Part shown: positions 1-13,300 of the stretch, piece after piece
Numbering within the stretch: position 1 is the first letter of the stretch
How the letters are laid out: each line of letters opens with the position of its first letter
Origin: Cycas panzhihuaensis
Lineage: Eukaryota > Plantae > Cycadophyta
DNA length: 64,000 nucleotides
Direction: 5' to 3'
NCBI GenBank assembly: GCA_023213395.1
Contig: CM041465.1
Location: forward strand, 169,081,741-169,145,740
The notes under the pieces: model-generated
What the model was told of the DNA's origin: nothing
Database searches by the model: none
The model's input: the letters and a program-made list of their open reading frames with translations, nothing else
Translations under genes and position numbers: made by a program

Positions 1-1546
1 TATCTATGCCCTCTTTTATATTGATAACAAGTATGACTTTAGTCCATGGCCATTTAGTCCACCAATTAGACTTTCTAGGCTAGAAACAATGCTACCCCTT
101 ACTTGCAACTTTATTTCCATGATTTATTTTTATTTTATTTTTTCCCATTTAGGCTTTGTTCGTATCACTTTGCCACTTGTTGCTGACTATAGTTACCCCT
201 AAGATCTGCCATTAGTGAGTTTATAGCCTAGTTGCATGATTATTTGTTGAGAAATGCTAATTTATTATATATTGGTTTGATTTCTACTTGCAATAGTGGT
301 ATTTAGAAGTATTTCATGGTACCGTAAACATATTCATAGTATCATGAATATTTCCATGGAACGACTGTCACTAACCTAGATTTAGGTTTTATGATGATAG
401 TAGGCTCATAAATGCCTAATTTTCATGCTTGGGTAGGTCATGGCATACTTAGGTTGACCCATGTCAGGATTAAAGGGGCCCAGAGGCTTAAATCTTCTAA
501 AGTCTTATTCCTCCTAAGTAAATTCCTTAAACTATGAGTAAAAGTCATGGTTTTTGGTTAATGGTTTTTCCCATATTATGGGTAGAAAACCACCAATCCC
601 CCATCTTAAATTTTTCTATATAATCCCCTCTTTTATCCAAAGGAGGAGAGGAGACATTTGAGATTGTGAGACCTTGCTATCATGCTGCTAAATTTGCTAT
701 AGAAACTTGAGCATTTGATCTTGTTTGCTAGTACCTACTTGGAGATTAGAAGCATAATACCTCAAGCAATTTGGGAGTTCTTGAAGGAGAGAAATAGCAA
801 CCATTTATCATAGATTCTTCAAAAGGTATAGGTAATCCACCCCTTATTATTATGATTAATCCTTCTTTCTCTATTGGTTACTATCAGCATGCCACAATTG
901 CATGAGTGAATGGTAGGATTTACTAGGGAGTTTACCTTGGTTTTATAGCTCTATTACATCCATTTGGTGTATGTCTCATCTTCCCCTTCATTTGTTACTT
1001 TGCTTATTGCCTAAAAGTTACAATATTATGGGAGGCACCTACGTACACTTAGGGGCCCTTAATATATTAGGGGATGGTAGCTATTCTAAGGCATCTCCAT
1101 CAATCTCTTTTATTTTATCTCATAGATTAGGAATGGCTTTTTATTATTTAGAGTAATTTACTTATTAATTGATTGTGAGATATATATATATATATATATA
1201 TTAGTAGCATTTGATTTCTTATAGGATTATTTGTCTTGCAGGTTACTAACTTATGTGCAAGAAAAAGGAAAGAGACTTACAAGATCTTTAAACCACATAC
1301 CTTACTCCAAGCAATCCATAGCGATCTCATGCTTCAATCAATACTTGGGAGAGGTAAAGTAATATTTTATTTCCATGTTTTCTTTCTATTTTTCACACTT
1401 GAATTGCTCTTTTTTCATCATAAGTCTATTCAACAAGTAGAAATGATACTAACATTTTCTTAGATTTTGTTAATAGTATCTTGATTCTTGTTTTTCTCTC
1501 CTGGGAGTACCCTTGATAAGTCTAAGAGAAGATCTAGGCTACTACA
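1..1546. mobile_element. Probable LTR fragment (right part), family unassigned
   Basis: Non-coding; TATA-like ctatataat at ~616; ends in ...ggctactaca (TG..CA-type terminus). No partner LTR, PBS or TSD is visible in the window. Confidence 0.3.
1180..1201. repeat. (TA)n microsatellite
   Basis: Direct reading, ~11 units. Confidence 0.95.
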
Positions 1547-2895
1547 ACTACCATTCCACTAGGTACACCCTAATTGGTTTGAATTGCTGCTTACATCTTA
1601 TTAGGGAAAAAAAGAAAAACAGTAAAAAGGAAAGAAAGGAAAAGAAAAAGATTGTAATATTAGTTTCCCTTTACTTTGTCTTTTGAAAAGGAAAAGAATG
1701 AGAAGAAAGGGGGGGAAATGGGCATCTTATTTTGTTACCTACTCTCTTCTTCCTCCCTTACCTTCTTTTCATAAAAGAAAAAAAAAAACAAAATACAGAC
1801 AAAGGAAAAGCTTTACATACTCATAACCCCCTTCTATTTGAAAAAAAAAAAAAAAAAAAGAGAAGAAAAAAAAAGTAGTATTTTCTTCTTTTCCTTTTAT
1901 CATTTGCGAGTGTATTGCATAATAGAAGTAGGAAGTTGAATCAATCATTTACTTATTTTATTACGAAACCAAGACATGAGGAGGGGTTGTGGTGTCACAA
2001 GTCTCAAATTAACAAAGGGATATGCCATAAAGCTAGGATAGGGTATTGATTTTATGTATACAAAAAAAAAAAAAAAATGCATATAGTTTGCATTAGATGT
2101 GCACAAATTTGGCCCCTTTAGTTTACCTAAGGCTTGATAGGAAAACCAAAAAGAATTAAAACAAGAAGGGAAAGATTTACTCCAACACACCCATAAACTA
2201 ATCACAATATACATGAGCTTTATATAATCTACCCTTAGTTTAGCTTCTTAGGTTGATGACATACATTCCATTACCATCATGCTCAAGAAGCACACAAACA
2301 CCTGATCTGACATGATAGGATCTACCTACACATATTGAGACTCTACACCCTAGGCCTTATGCCATATCCTAAAGTGTAATAAATCCTATTGCTCTAACCC
2401 TTAGGCATGTTTCAGGGGGTATGGTTCACCTGTTCTTTTCCTCTATCTCCACCTCATCCTATACCCTATCTCATGCCTTAACCTTAAGGGCCTTAAAGCA
2501 TGCCTCACCATCACCCATGCCCTATATAATATATCCTCTAACCTAGATAGTCCACCTTTATCCTACTTAGTTATGTGATTCAATATTAGGAGCAATGTAG
2601 ACCTCATCCTTATGTTCCTAAAAATATTGATAGCCTCCATACATATGAGGTCACCTCTCTAATTGGAGGCCCATATGGATAAAACCCTATTCCAAACCCA
2701 CCTTCTTATATAGTGCCACCCTAATAAACTAATCATATCCCACCCTACTAGACTCAACAACCTTGATCTATTATGACTCCCTCTTATGCAACCGTTCATC
2801 AAGGGGTTTATACATAAAGGAGTGTCCCATTTTAAACCAAATCCACTATAACTTCATGGTAGAATCCTATTCAAATCCACCTACCTCCTCCATAC

Positions 2896-3256
2896 TATTT
2901 TCAACAAGGAAAGCATTTAATACTAAGCATAATTAACAAAATTAATGAATAAAACATAAAATATATTCACTTAGCATAAGCAAGATTACATACTATTGCA
3001 CCATAGACTCAACATGACTCTCCATGATGACTTGATCTCCACTCTACCTCAACCACCCTTTTATACATCATAGGTGGGAATATATAAGTTGGGTGGGATG
3101 CATGTGGGACAAAGACCACTAACCAATGACATTACACCTACTGACTAACTAATTGACTTTCACATAATATTATTATAATATAAGATACTTAGACCCTTAG
3201 TACCATAATTTTATTAACTCTAAGACACACCTTACATTAAACATTATATTCTAATA
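2896..3256 (-). repeat. 3' LTR of element 2896-8059
   Basis: Aligns over its length with 7678-8059; adjacent to PPT. Confidence 0.9.
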
Positions 3257-4489
3257 CCCCCCCTTAATGTTTAATGTCAAGGCCACAAGAACACTGACTA
3301 CCAAGAACATTATGACACCTACTTCTAAGGACTGACAACAAAACTAATATAAACTGGGTATAAGACTTGACTTAAAGTATTGTTCAAATTTCTAATGTTT
3401 AAGTCTAGGAACCTTGCCAAAGATGATATCATGGGCCCAAGATTTGATTGAAATGTAGTAAAATCTATATATCATGTTTGTTCTATCATCTCTTATTTTT
3501 TCTATAGTATGTGTGTGTTCTAGTTGTAGGTAAGGTCTTCTTTGATTTTTGTCTCTTGAATCAAATGTGATAACATATGATTTCAACTCCATAAAGGGAA
3601 TGGACTCCTTCTTGTTTGTATCTAAGTCTTCTAGAATGATCAACTTCTCAGGATAACGAAGACTTCCTTGAAAGGAAAGAAGGAATAATGATTCCTTTCC
3701 TAACTTCACCTATGCAAGTATGTGTCTTAAACCAACAAAAGGCTTTATTCTCTCTATATCATCGAAGGAATCCCTTGTGTCAAATATGATGAGAATTTCC
3801 ATTATGATTACATACATATATTTTCTAATTATGGCTACATAAAAATAGAACATCAATTTAACATGATTGACTTTCATGGTTACGTAGCCTCCCCAAAACA
3901 TACAATAATCTTAGTGGATAAGATTTTGATCAAATGATATTCTAGCTATGTTCTCTTTTTCTTTGAATGAATCTTCTAGAGCCATTATAGGGTATGTTAA
4001 TATAGTTTGGATTCTTTTAAGAATAAGGATTGAAAATGCAACCAAATTGAATGTTATCATGTAGAGTCTTATGTATGTATAAATAACCATATGCCCTGAT
4101 ATCATTTGGATCTTAGAAACAACTCTATCAATACAAATTAAGGTAATGTTTCCCATACCTTTTACTAAGGTAGTAATTTCACCACAATATATCACGTATA
4201 ATAGATTTTTCTGGAATCACTTTTAGGTTTTTCAACCTCCACTATTTCGGTAGTTATCAATGCAGTCTTTCCTATTAACTTACTAAGGCATAAAGCATTT
4301 GGTGAAATCAAATTTTCATATAAATAGTGATCGTCTAGCCTATTTATAGAAATAGGTTCATGCAATTCTTCATCCCCTTTATGAGTGTTAAATGATTCTA
4401 TGTGAAAATTGATCTTACTGAAATCAAGTTGATTTTTTCTTTTTATTTTTCTTTTTAGGTTTATTTTCTAGTTCTTTGTCTTCTTGACA

Positions 4490-4863
4490 TTTTTCTACAC
4501 TTCTTTATAACTCTTTTCATACACTTCCCTCAATAAATTCTAGGCCTCTTTAGTTGAATCAATATTTTGAAGTACATAAATAATGAACTGGTAAGAAGGA
4601 GGAAGATTTTTATTATCAAAAGTTATAAGCATCACATCAATGGCTATCATATTCTTCTTTTTGAAAATTTCCTCCCCTTCTTCATTAATCAATGCAAGAT
4701 CATTAATAATTTCTCATAGCTTTTTAAACATAAATATGAACTCCATTTTGATTCTCTAAATTTGATAATTAGTTCTAATATATTTAGGGAAGGCTATGAT
4801 ACTATCTGTAATCCAATACTTATTTTTTTCTAATGCAAAAGTAATGATGTCACTTAACCCCAT
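4490..4863 (-). pseudogene. Copia-type gag N-terminal remnant
   Basis: Manual translation RTNYQI*RIKMEFIFMFKKL*EIIND...STKEA*NLLREVYEK matches the copia gag NY.IW..KM...LW / AKEAW..L...Y pattern. Confidence 0.75.
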
Positions 4864-5689
4864 GATGCATAAGTGGGTTGATTCATATACCTTCTTTGAC
4901 TTAAAAAAAGTCTATTAAAACAGCAAAAAAATACCTCAAATCACATATAAAAATGTTTGTGTCTGAAATATGGTTCCAACGCCACTAACTATTTTGAAAA
5001 CAGATGCCTAGATCTAAAGATATAAGGAGAACCATATAGATACCTCTTTATGATGATACTTTAAGTTTATAAGCTCCTTTAACATACTAGTTACTAGTCA
5101 TAACAAGGTTTTATATGACCACACCTTTAATGGTAAAGGGGCTAACAGATAATAATCATCATTCCAATCAAATTTAATTTTGAATTGACAATTAAATCTT
5201 CCCAATAAACTTCACATCAGTGGATTTCAATTAATATTTTAATCTAATTAAATTAAGTTTGCAACTTTAAAAAATACCTCTCTGTCGATTTTCTAGATTG
5301 ATTTTTCTATGATTACTCCTCCATTGATACAAAAAAGGCCCTATCAGAATGTGGAGATGGTGCCCACACTCTCTCAGAACTCTCCCAGCATTAGAACATT
5401 TCCACTAAATTTATCTAGGCATCATCATCAATTAGCCTCGAATGTGACAGATCCCTTTCAATGTTGTGGCTCCTCTTGGTCTAGAGCTTCTCCGATCTAA
5501 GATTCACTCTTTCAAAAGAGAAATACAACTTGGTCATAATACATGCCAATACCAAGAATATATAGAGTACACTAGAAATCCTTCATATCAACCGCAAGGC
5601 TCTCCTATAATTACTTTTTAGTAAGATACACTAGCAATAAATCTCTATGCCACATCATGCAAATTATGATTTGTAGGTGACTTGTCCCA

Positions 5690-5870
5690 ACGAATAACCT
5701 CACCTTGGTGAGGATCAAGAAAATAATAAAGGAAGATGAGGACATTAGAATGATATCAATAGAGGCTCTAATTATTTTTTCCAAGGTAAGAACCAAAATC
5801 TTTGATTTTCTGCTTGATATTAAGTGTAGGGAGGAATTGAATAAGGTTAAGCTTTTTAGGAACCCTAGAT
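5690..5870 (+). pseudogene. NF-YC: NF-YC histone-fold fragment with an in-frame internal deletion
   Basis: LVRIKKIIKEDEDIRMISIEALIIFSK joined directly to VRTKIFDFLLDIKCREEL; compare NF-YC [27 protein letters not shown]...TRTDIFDFLVDIVPRDEL. Confidence 0.85.
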
Positions 5871-6105
5871 TTTCTCTTCACTATCACACAGTCTTTCTTC
5901 TCCCTAATATTGCTCTATTTCATATGTAACCATGCATAAACCTAACCATCATAAATAAATATGGATAATGCTCAATTTTGGTGATCTCTGGACTTGGTGC
6001 TCTTTGTGGATATTTGAAGTGCTTCTGGATCTTCATGGCTCACTTACTTAGATTGCTATGGAATGTCTCATAAGGTTTGATTAGACTCACATAGATTGTA
6101 GTGAC

Positions 6106-6705
6106 TATTGAGAATACAAGGTCCCAACCCTTCTATCGCCACCAAGATCTAAACTATTCTTGCAACTAGTTATAGGAATCGAAACTTATATTGCATGCAA
6201 GATCTTAAACTAGAGATAAAGCAATGAAATGAACAAGAAAGCCAAGCATTAAATGTACACTTAATATAACATGGTAAAACCCTAATAGTATGCTAGGGAA
6301 ACATCCATACAGGAAAGGTATCAATCTTTATTATCACAAAATAGAGATAATGTACATAATCAGTAGTAGAGTGCTTTCAGTAACAACAACCAGTCGTTGC
6401 CCTCCTCAGAGTATATTGAACAAACCTCAACATAAAGAAATATGCCCTAAATTGGGCTACATGAGAGAGATATATAAGGTATAAATCTTGACCATAGAAT
6501 CTAGGGTATTTTATTGAACGACCTTGATTCTCTTTATAATTTAATATTGTTTCCAGTGCTAATTTTTTAGGTCGGGGGTTATCACCCCCAGACCAAGGGA
6601 GGCTCTCGCCCCCCTTGGAACCCCCCGAGAAAGGTTTGGGGGGAAACTGTGTTGCCAACATGCCAAAATTTTAGCCTCTAACCATTGTTGTCATATTTCC
6701 CAATA
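6106..6705. mobile_element. Solo LTR (family shared with 9595-10245)
   Basis: Termini tattgaga...cccaata (decayed TG..CA); degenerate TSD gtgac/gtggt; colinear with 9595-10245. Confidence 0.85.
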
Positions 6706-7677
6706 GTGGTAAATTGCTATAATAGATATCTTTGAATCATGTCTTTGACCTTTCATTCCTAGTAATTTATAGACTTGCATTCTTTGGCTCTACAATTTCT
6801 ACAATTCTACATCTCTGTGGAATTTCTTAACCTTGACTATAGTGCCACTAAAATATTCATGTAGATGGAGCACTGCATTATGGATGAAGAAAGTATAAAG
6901 GATCAAATAGATTAGATTTGGTCTTGACAATGTTTCCACAATGGGCAATATATGGTAGTGCCAAATAATGATTTCTTCAACAATGATTATACTCAATGGT
7001 ACATAGGTGCAACAATAACATAAATGAATATGGTGTCAACATGGATTAGCACCAACCATAACCACAAAACTAGGATTTCACCATTTACTCCTAATCATGG
7101 CTATAATTATGAATGAACAATAGATTCAATGGAGTTTTCTTTCTACTGGTAAATACCTTAGTAGTCACGTTACTGGCATAATGAATAATTTGGCAACCTG
7201 CTATGTGATAATAGTAAAGTAAAGGCAATAACCTCATTGTGGAATAGGAGAGTATTCACAATAGAAATTATAATTAAACTTTAGCACAAATAGATTAGGG
7301 TAGCATCCTTCATTCTTCCATGGCAGTTTGTAAAACCTCACATATATATAAACCTTTCATTATCACCATACAACCAAAAATTAATAGCTAATAGATTAAA
7401 AAAACATTCATATATCATCAATTTCCTATTTCATGAATTCACACAAACTACAAACATATGATACAAAGGTTCCTTCATAAATCAAGGGAATAATATTACC
7501 CAATAAATTCCATCTTGTATCAATAGTTGGCACTTCAGGGCTTCATCCAAAATCATAAACTGGTAATGGGCTTTATAGAGCCACCTCCTTACTTGAATGC
7601 TCTATCTTTTATTGGACTTATCCTTTCTCAATCTTCTTCTTATAGCAGGATGGCCTGCTCAACCTGCTCTAATACCA

Positions 7678-8059
7678 TGTTAAATTTTCAACATGGAGGG
7701 TATTCAACACTGAGCATAGTCAACAAGATCAATGAACAAAGTATAAAATGTATTCACTTAGCATAAGCAAGATTGCATACTATTGCACCATAGACTTAAC
7801 ATAAGACTCCATGATAACTTGATCCCTACTCTACCTCAACCACCTTTTTACACATCATAGGTGGGAATACATAAGTGGGATGGGATGCATGTAGGACAAA
7901 GACCACTAACTAATGACACTACACCTACTAACTGACCAATTGACTTTTCACATAGCATTATTATAATATGAGATCCTTAGGCCCTTAGTACTATAACTTT
8001 ATTGACTCTAAGACATACCTTACATTAAACACTTATACATTAAATATTATATTCTCACA
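7678..8059 (-). repeat. 5' LTR of element 2896-8059
   Basis: TG...CA termini; adjacent to PBS. Confidence 0.9.
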
Positions 8060-8064
8060 CATAC

Positions 8065-9100
8065 CAAGTTCACCCTTTTGGTATTTTTGGTTATCAAGGA
8101 CCTCCCCCTCTTGCATATAACCCATATACCCAAATTATAATGGCTTATCAAGTTAGGGGCATTTTAAAACCTATCCCATCTTAATAAACCCACTTATAGT
8201 GGTAGAACCACTATGGTGGAGCCCAAATGTCCTACTCATAGTAACCTCAACCTACATTCCCACCAATTGACCTATTAGCACAACTTGAGACACATCCCTT
8301 TATTGACTACTATATGAGCCCTCTTTCCCTTAAGTCCCTTTACATTAATACCTCACCCCTTAGAAGTTCCCAAGTAAGTTTCCAAGTTTAAAGGGACTTC
8401 TTTCCAAGAACAAACAGATCATATTAAGGCATTTACCATGACATATATAAATTATTAACTATATAATAATGTTCTCATAAATATTTTCCATTAATCTCTC
8501 TAACAAGATGCTCTTAAGTGGTTTTATTACCTTTCCTCCATTGCATTTGTTGATTTTAGTAACTAGTTGATACCTTTGCTAATTATTTTGATGTCTCCTA
8601 ACCTTTTAAGAGCAAGGATAAAGCCTTTCTCTCCCTCAAGTAAGGATAGTATAAGCTTTACTAAAACTTTATTCACCAGTTCCATGACCCTCTCCACTCA
8701 TCCAAATCCATATTTCCTAAGGATTTAAAAATAGATATCTTTGTCAATGCCCTTTACCTTAAGCTTTATGTGGAAGTGCTCAAGATGGGTGCAACCACCT
8801 ATGACTTAACAATTGTTAAATGCCTAGTCTTAGAGTCTATTAAGATCTAAGTAGGACTAAAAAAGCACAATAAACTTACCCTATGACATGAGTTTTCCCC
8901 TCTATCACAAGATCCTAAGCCTCAACCATAGGCTCTAAGGCCCCAAGTTAACACTCTTCACAAAATGATAGACCCCCTTATCTCTATTGTTTGCTCATTT
9001 AGGTTGACCATATAGGATCTTAAGATTTAATTGGCCTAAGGCTTGTAGCATCTATTTGTTCCCTCACATGGATATAAGCCAATTCATCAACAAATACAAA
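8065..9100 (+). pseudogene. gag remnant of outer Tat-like element
   Basis: Nucleotide similarity (e.g. ~8560-8800) to the minus-strand gag at ~40500-40900; many stops. Confidence 0.6.
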
Positions 9101-9594
9101 ACCATCCTTAGACCAAGGATAATAACCCTAGCCCTCCTTCCAAGAAGGAAAATCCTTCTTCCCCTAAGAAGAGGTGGTGCTTGATATATAAGTACTACTT
9201 TCATAATAATGCCTATTATTAGACTCAACATCCTATGTCAGTACCCCTAATCGATCCTCTTATACAACCTACTTCTAAACCCAACCTAGAATAACCCATC
9301 CACAAAGATCTATTCCCAACTCATAAGGACCCTATGGTTCAAAACCAAAGGGGTAGGAGGAGATCCCAGCCTTAATAATGACCTACTCCTAAGGAACCTC
9401 AAATAACCCTAATAGACATCGAAACCCAAGCTAAAGACTCTACCTCCAAAGGATTAAGAGTCTTGTAAAGCTATCCAATGCTATAATACCAAGGGGGAAA
9501 GAGTCATTTAGATGCTTAAGACTATTCAAGTGTTCACTACAATCCTAGATTAAGCAATAAAGGAGGTTGAAGGATCCTCTACTTCCTAACAACC

Positions 9595-10245
9595 TGTTGA
9601 GAAGACAAGGTCCCAATAATCACAAACCGCTACCAAGATCTAAATTGTTTTACAACTAGTTATAGGAATAGAAACTAAAATTTAACATGCAAGTTCTTAA
9701 ACTAAAGATAATATAATAAAATGAATAAGAAAGCCAAGCATCACATATACACCTAATATAATGTGGTAAAACTCTAGCAGTGTGCTAGGGAAGTAGGAAA
9801 GGTATTGACCTTTATTATCAAATAATGGAGAAATGTACACAATATGTAGAAAAATGCTCACAGCAACAATAATTAGTTATCCAACTCCTCACAGTACATC
9901 CAATACATTAAACACCATCAATATAATGAAAAAACATCCTAAATCAGGCTATATAAGAGAGTCATACAAGGCACAAATCTCGACCATAGAATCTAGGGTA
10001 TTTTTAACGAATGACCCTAATTCTCTTTATGATTTAGTATGCTTTTTAGTGCTAGCTTTTTGGGTCAGGGGCTATCGCCCCTGAACCCCCTCTTTGTGAG
10101 GGGTGTTCCAACTTCCCCTGCATCCCCACAGCCAAGGGGGGCTCTTACTCTCCTTGGAAACCCTCGTGGAAGTTTGGGGGGGGAACTACACTGCCAACCT
10201 ATCAAAATTTTAGCCTCCAAAATATTGTTGTCACATTATCTAATA
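9595..10245. mobile_element. Solo LTR
   Basis: tgttgaga...ctaata; perfect TSD CAACC (9590-9594, 10246-10250). Confidence 0.9.
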
Positions 10246-10358
10246 CAACCATCCCCTAAACCTCAACCTACAAAAATTTTACTTCTCTCCAAAACCATCC
10301 TTATCCATATAGGTTATTATGGCCTAAAAAAGGCCCTTCCCTAACCGACTAGCAAAGG

Positions 10359-13300
10359 TATTAGAAATCATAAATAAATAGATCATTTATGTATGTAATA
10401 AGCATGAAATTAATAGGCACACAACATAGAATTTATATGGGAAACCTTGTAGTAAAAACCCACCACAAAAAATATGGATTATATTGATACAAAATTACAA
10501 AGTATAATGGACTTTGAGTCACTTTAAATAGATCCATAAGTACCTTACATATTATATGTGCATTATATTTATCGACAGAAAATAATAAATTATATCATAT
10601 TATTACATCACCATAATATTTATACATATAATGCCATATTAACATTAGTCAAGTTAAGTGGTTAAAATGCCACTCTAACATCCCCCTTTAATATAAATGT
10701 AGGGTCTTAAAGTCTTCCCAGGGGTTGGACTAACATTTATCTTTATCCTTGTTGATAGATCCCCCCTTAAGGATAATTTCATTAAGTTCTAAATTTGTAT
10801 GAATCCTGATGAAGTGGTCTTCAATAAGAGCTTTGGTAAATATATCCATAAGTTGTTCTTCATTTGGAAAAAACTCAATCTATAACTTCCTTGATCTAAT
10901 CTACTCATAGATGTAATAGTGTTAAATCTCAATGTGCTTTGTACATAAATGAAATTTTAGATTCTTTAAAAGTTAAAAAGAACTTTAATTATCAATATGT
11001 ATAATATGTTTACTAGAAGATATTCTAAGAGTCTTCAAAAGTCCCTATAACCACACAACTTCCCTCATACTGATGCTTAGTCCTTAATACTCAACTTTTA
11101 TAGAAGACAATGTAATGGTGGATTATTTTTTAGATTTTCATGATACAAATCTATTGCTAATACCAAAAATAAGCCATGCAGTTGATCTCTTATCTTTTAC
11201 ATCTCCACCCCAACTTACATCAATATACCCATACAAGTTTTCCTCTAAACTATGAAGGTATTTAAGAAGTAGATTAAGTATTCCCTTAACATACTTTAAA
11301 ATCCTCTTTATAATAACCTAATGAGGTTCTTGGGGACTCTGCATATGACAAGATACCAATCCAATAACATAAGTAATGTTAGGCCTATTGTGAGTTAAGT
11401 GAATCAAACTCCTTACTAATTATCATTATAAAGTCCCATCTATATCTAGCTTATTCATGTCATCCATAAGCTTTATGCCCTTTATATATGCTGTCTTCAC
11501 TAGTTTGTAATCTCTCATCATAAATTTCTTAAGTAGGTTTTTAATATATCTCAATTGCAACATCATAATATAAACATTCATCTACCTAATCTCAATGCCC
11601 AAGAAGTAATGAAGTCACTCAATATCTGACATATTGAAAGTATGTCCCAAATAGGACTTTGTAGCTATAATGGTCTTATTATAATTGCCTATAATAATAA
11701 GGTTGTTAATATATAATATAATAATAACTATTGAAGCTTTACTCTTTCAAATATAAAGACCCAACTCTAATTCTATTGTCACAAAACCATCTTCTTTTAA
11801 TCTAGTATCAATCTTATTATACTAAGCATGCAGTGCTTATTTTAGGCCATAAAGAGATTTATTCAAGTGACATACTAAATGCTTCTAACTTCCTTCACGA
11901 AACTAAGATGTTAAGCCATTTAGATTTCCTCTTTCAAGTCTCCATTAAGGAATGCTAACTTCATGTCCATTTGATATAACTCCCAACTATATGTGGCTAC
12001 CAAAGTAAAGATCAATCAAACCATTAACATTTTAGATATTGTGTAAATATCTCCTCACAATTAATTCCTTCTTTCTATTTGAAACCCTATATAATAGGTC
12101 TAGCCTTATACTTATCTACCTCTTCATTGGAGCAAAATTTTATCTTATAGACCTACTTGAACTTGATCAAGTTCTTAGATGGAGGTAAGGGAACCAAATC
12201 CTATGTAATATTCTTTATGATCAAATTATACTCCTCCTCTATTATAGCTCTCCATCATGAATCTTCTTTTGCTTCCTCATATAAAATTAGATCATCATAA
12301 TAATTAGTGTCCACTACCAAAGTTTGATTGTCATGTTGATTTCTTATTCTTCACCCATCATCAAGATCCTCCACCATTACACTAGATTCCTTAATAGTCC
12401 TCATATCCTATAATAGAACATGGGGTGTTGTCTATGCCTCAACTTGTAATAGCTCCTTATCATTACTCCCACTAGGTCCTACTTATATTTATGATATAAT
12501 GTAAGTCTTTTGAACCTCTATACCTATTGAAATATAATTTAGAAATGGAAGATAAAATCTATCTTCAGATGACCTCTTAGTATGGTACATCATTGACTCA
12601 TCAAACTTAATATCCTAACTAACTAAAAGTTGCTTACCTTATGGATCCCAAAGTCTATAATCCTTATTCTCTTGCAAGTACCCCATAAAAATGCACATCA
12701 AACTCTTACATTCCAACTTCTTTTAATGTGTGTATGAGATATGTGCATATGAAATGCACCCAAATACCTTGAAATAATTAATGAAAGGTTTCTAACTAAT
12801 CCAGCACTCTTCAGGTGTAATTCCATAAATAACTTTAATAGGCACCCTGTTCAAAATATAATAAGTTGGCGTAATAGCTTCTACCCAAAATATAAGAAGT
12901 AGATTCTTTGCATGTACCATACATCTCACCATTTCTATCATGGTATGATTATTTCTCTCTACAACACCATTTTGTTGTGGGGTATAGGAGATGGTTAACT
13001 CTTATTTGATACTATGATCAAGGTATAACTAATTAAAGGAATTATTATCATATTCCTTTCCATTATCACTCCTTAAAATCTTTATTTTCTTATCACATTC
13101 ATTCTCAAAACTCACTTTCCATTCATAAAATCGATCAAATATATTAGACTTATTCTTTAAAAAGAATATCCATTCTTTTCTACTATAATCATCCACAAAC
13201 ACAAGGATAAATCAAGCACTAGAAATATAAGGATTTAATAAAGGACCCATCAAGTTAGTATATACAAGTTTCAACTTCTCATTTGCTCTCCAAGCATTAT

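Larger units (their letters stand above)
2896..8059 (-). mobile_element. Non-autonomous copia-derived LTR element (gag-only, TR-GAG-like)
   Basis: LTR pair 2896-3256 / 7678-8059; TSD CATAC (2891-2895, 8060-8064); Met-type PBS gctctaatacca 7666-7677; PPT (poly-C on +) at 3257-3264; gag remnant but no RT/INT found. Confidence 0.9.

Noticed and set aside
5785-5795. AAG|GTAAGA after the first NF-YC block looked like a splice donor
   Set aside because: The following codons (VRTKIFDFLLDI) are themselves NF-YC sequence, so this is a deletion junction, not an intron.
6930-7020. NNDYTQW resembling pectate lyase
   Set aside because: Flanking residues do not match; too short to support.
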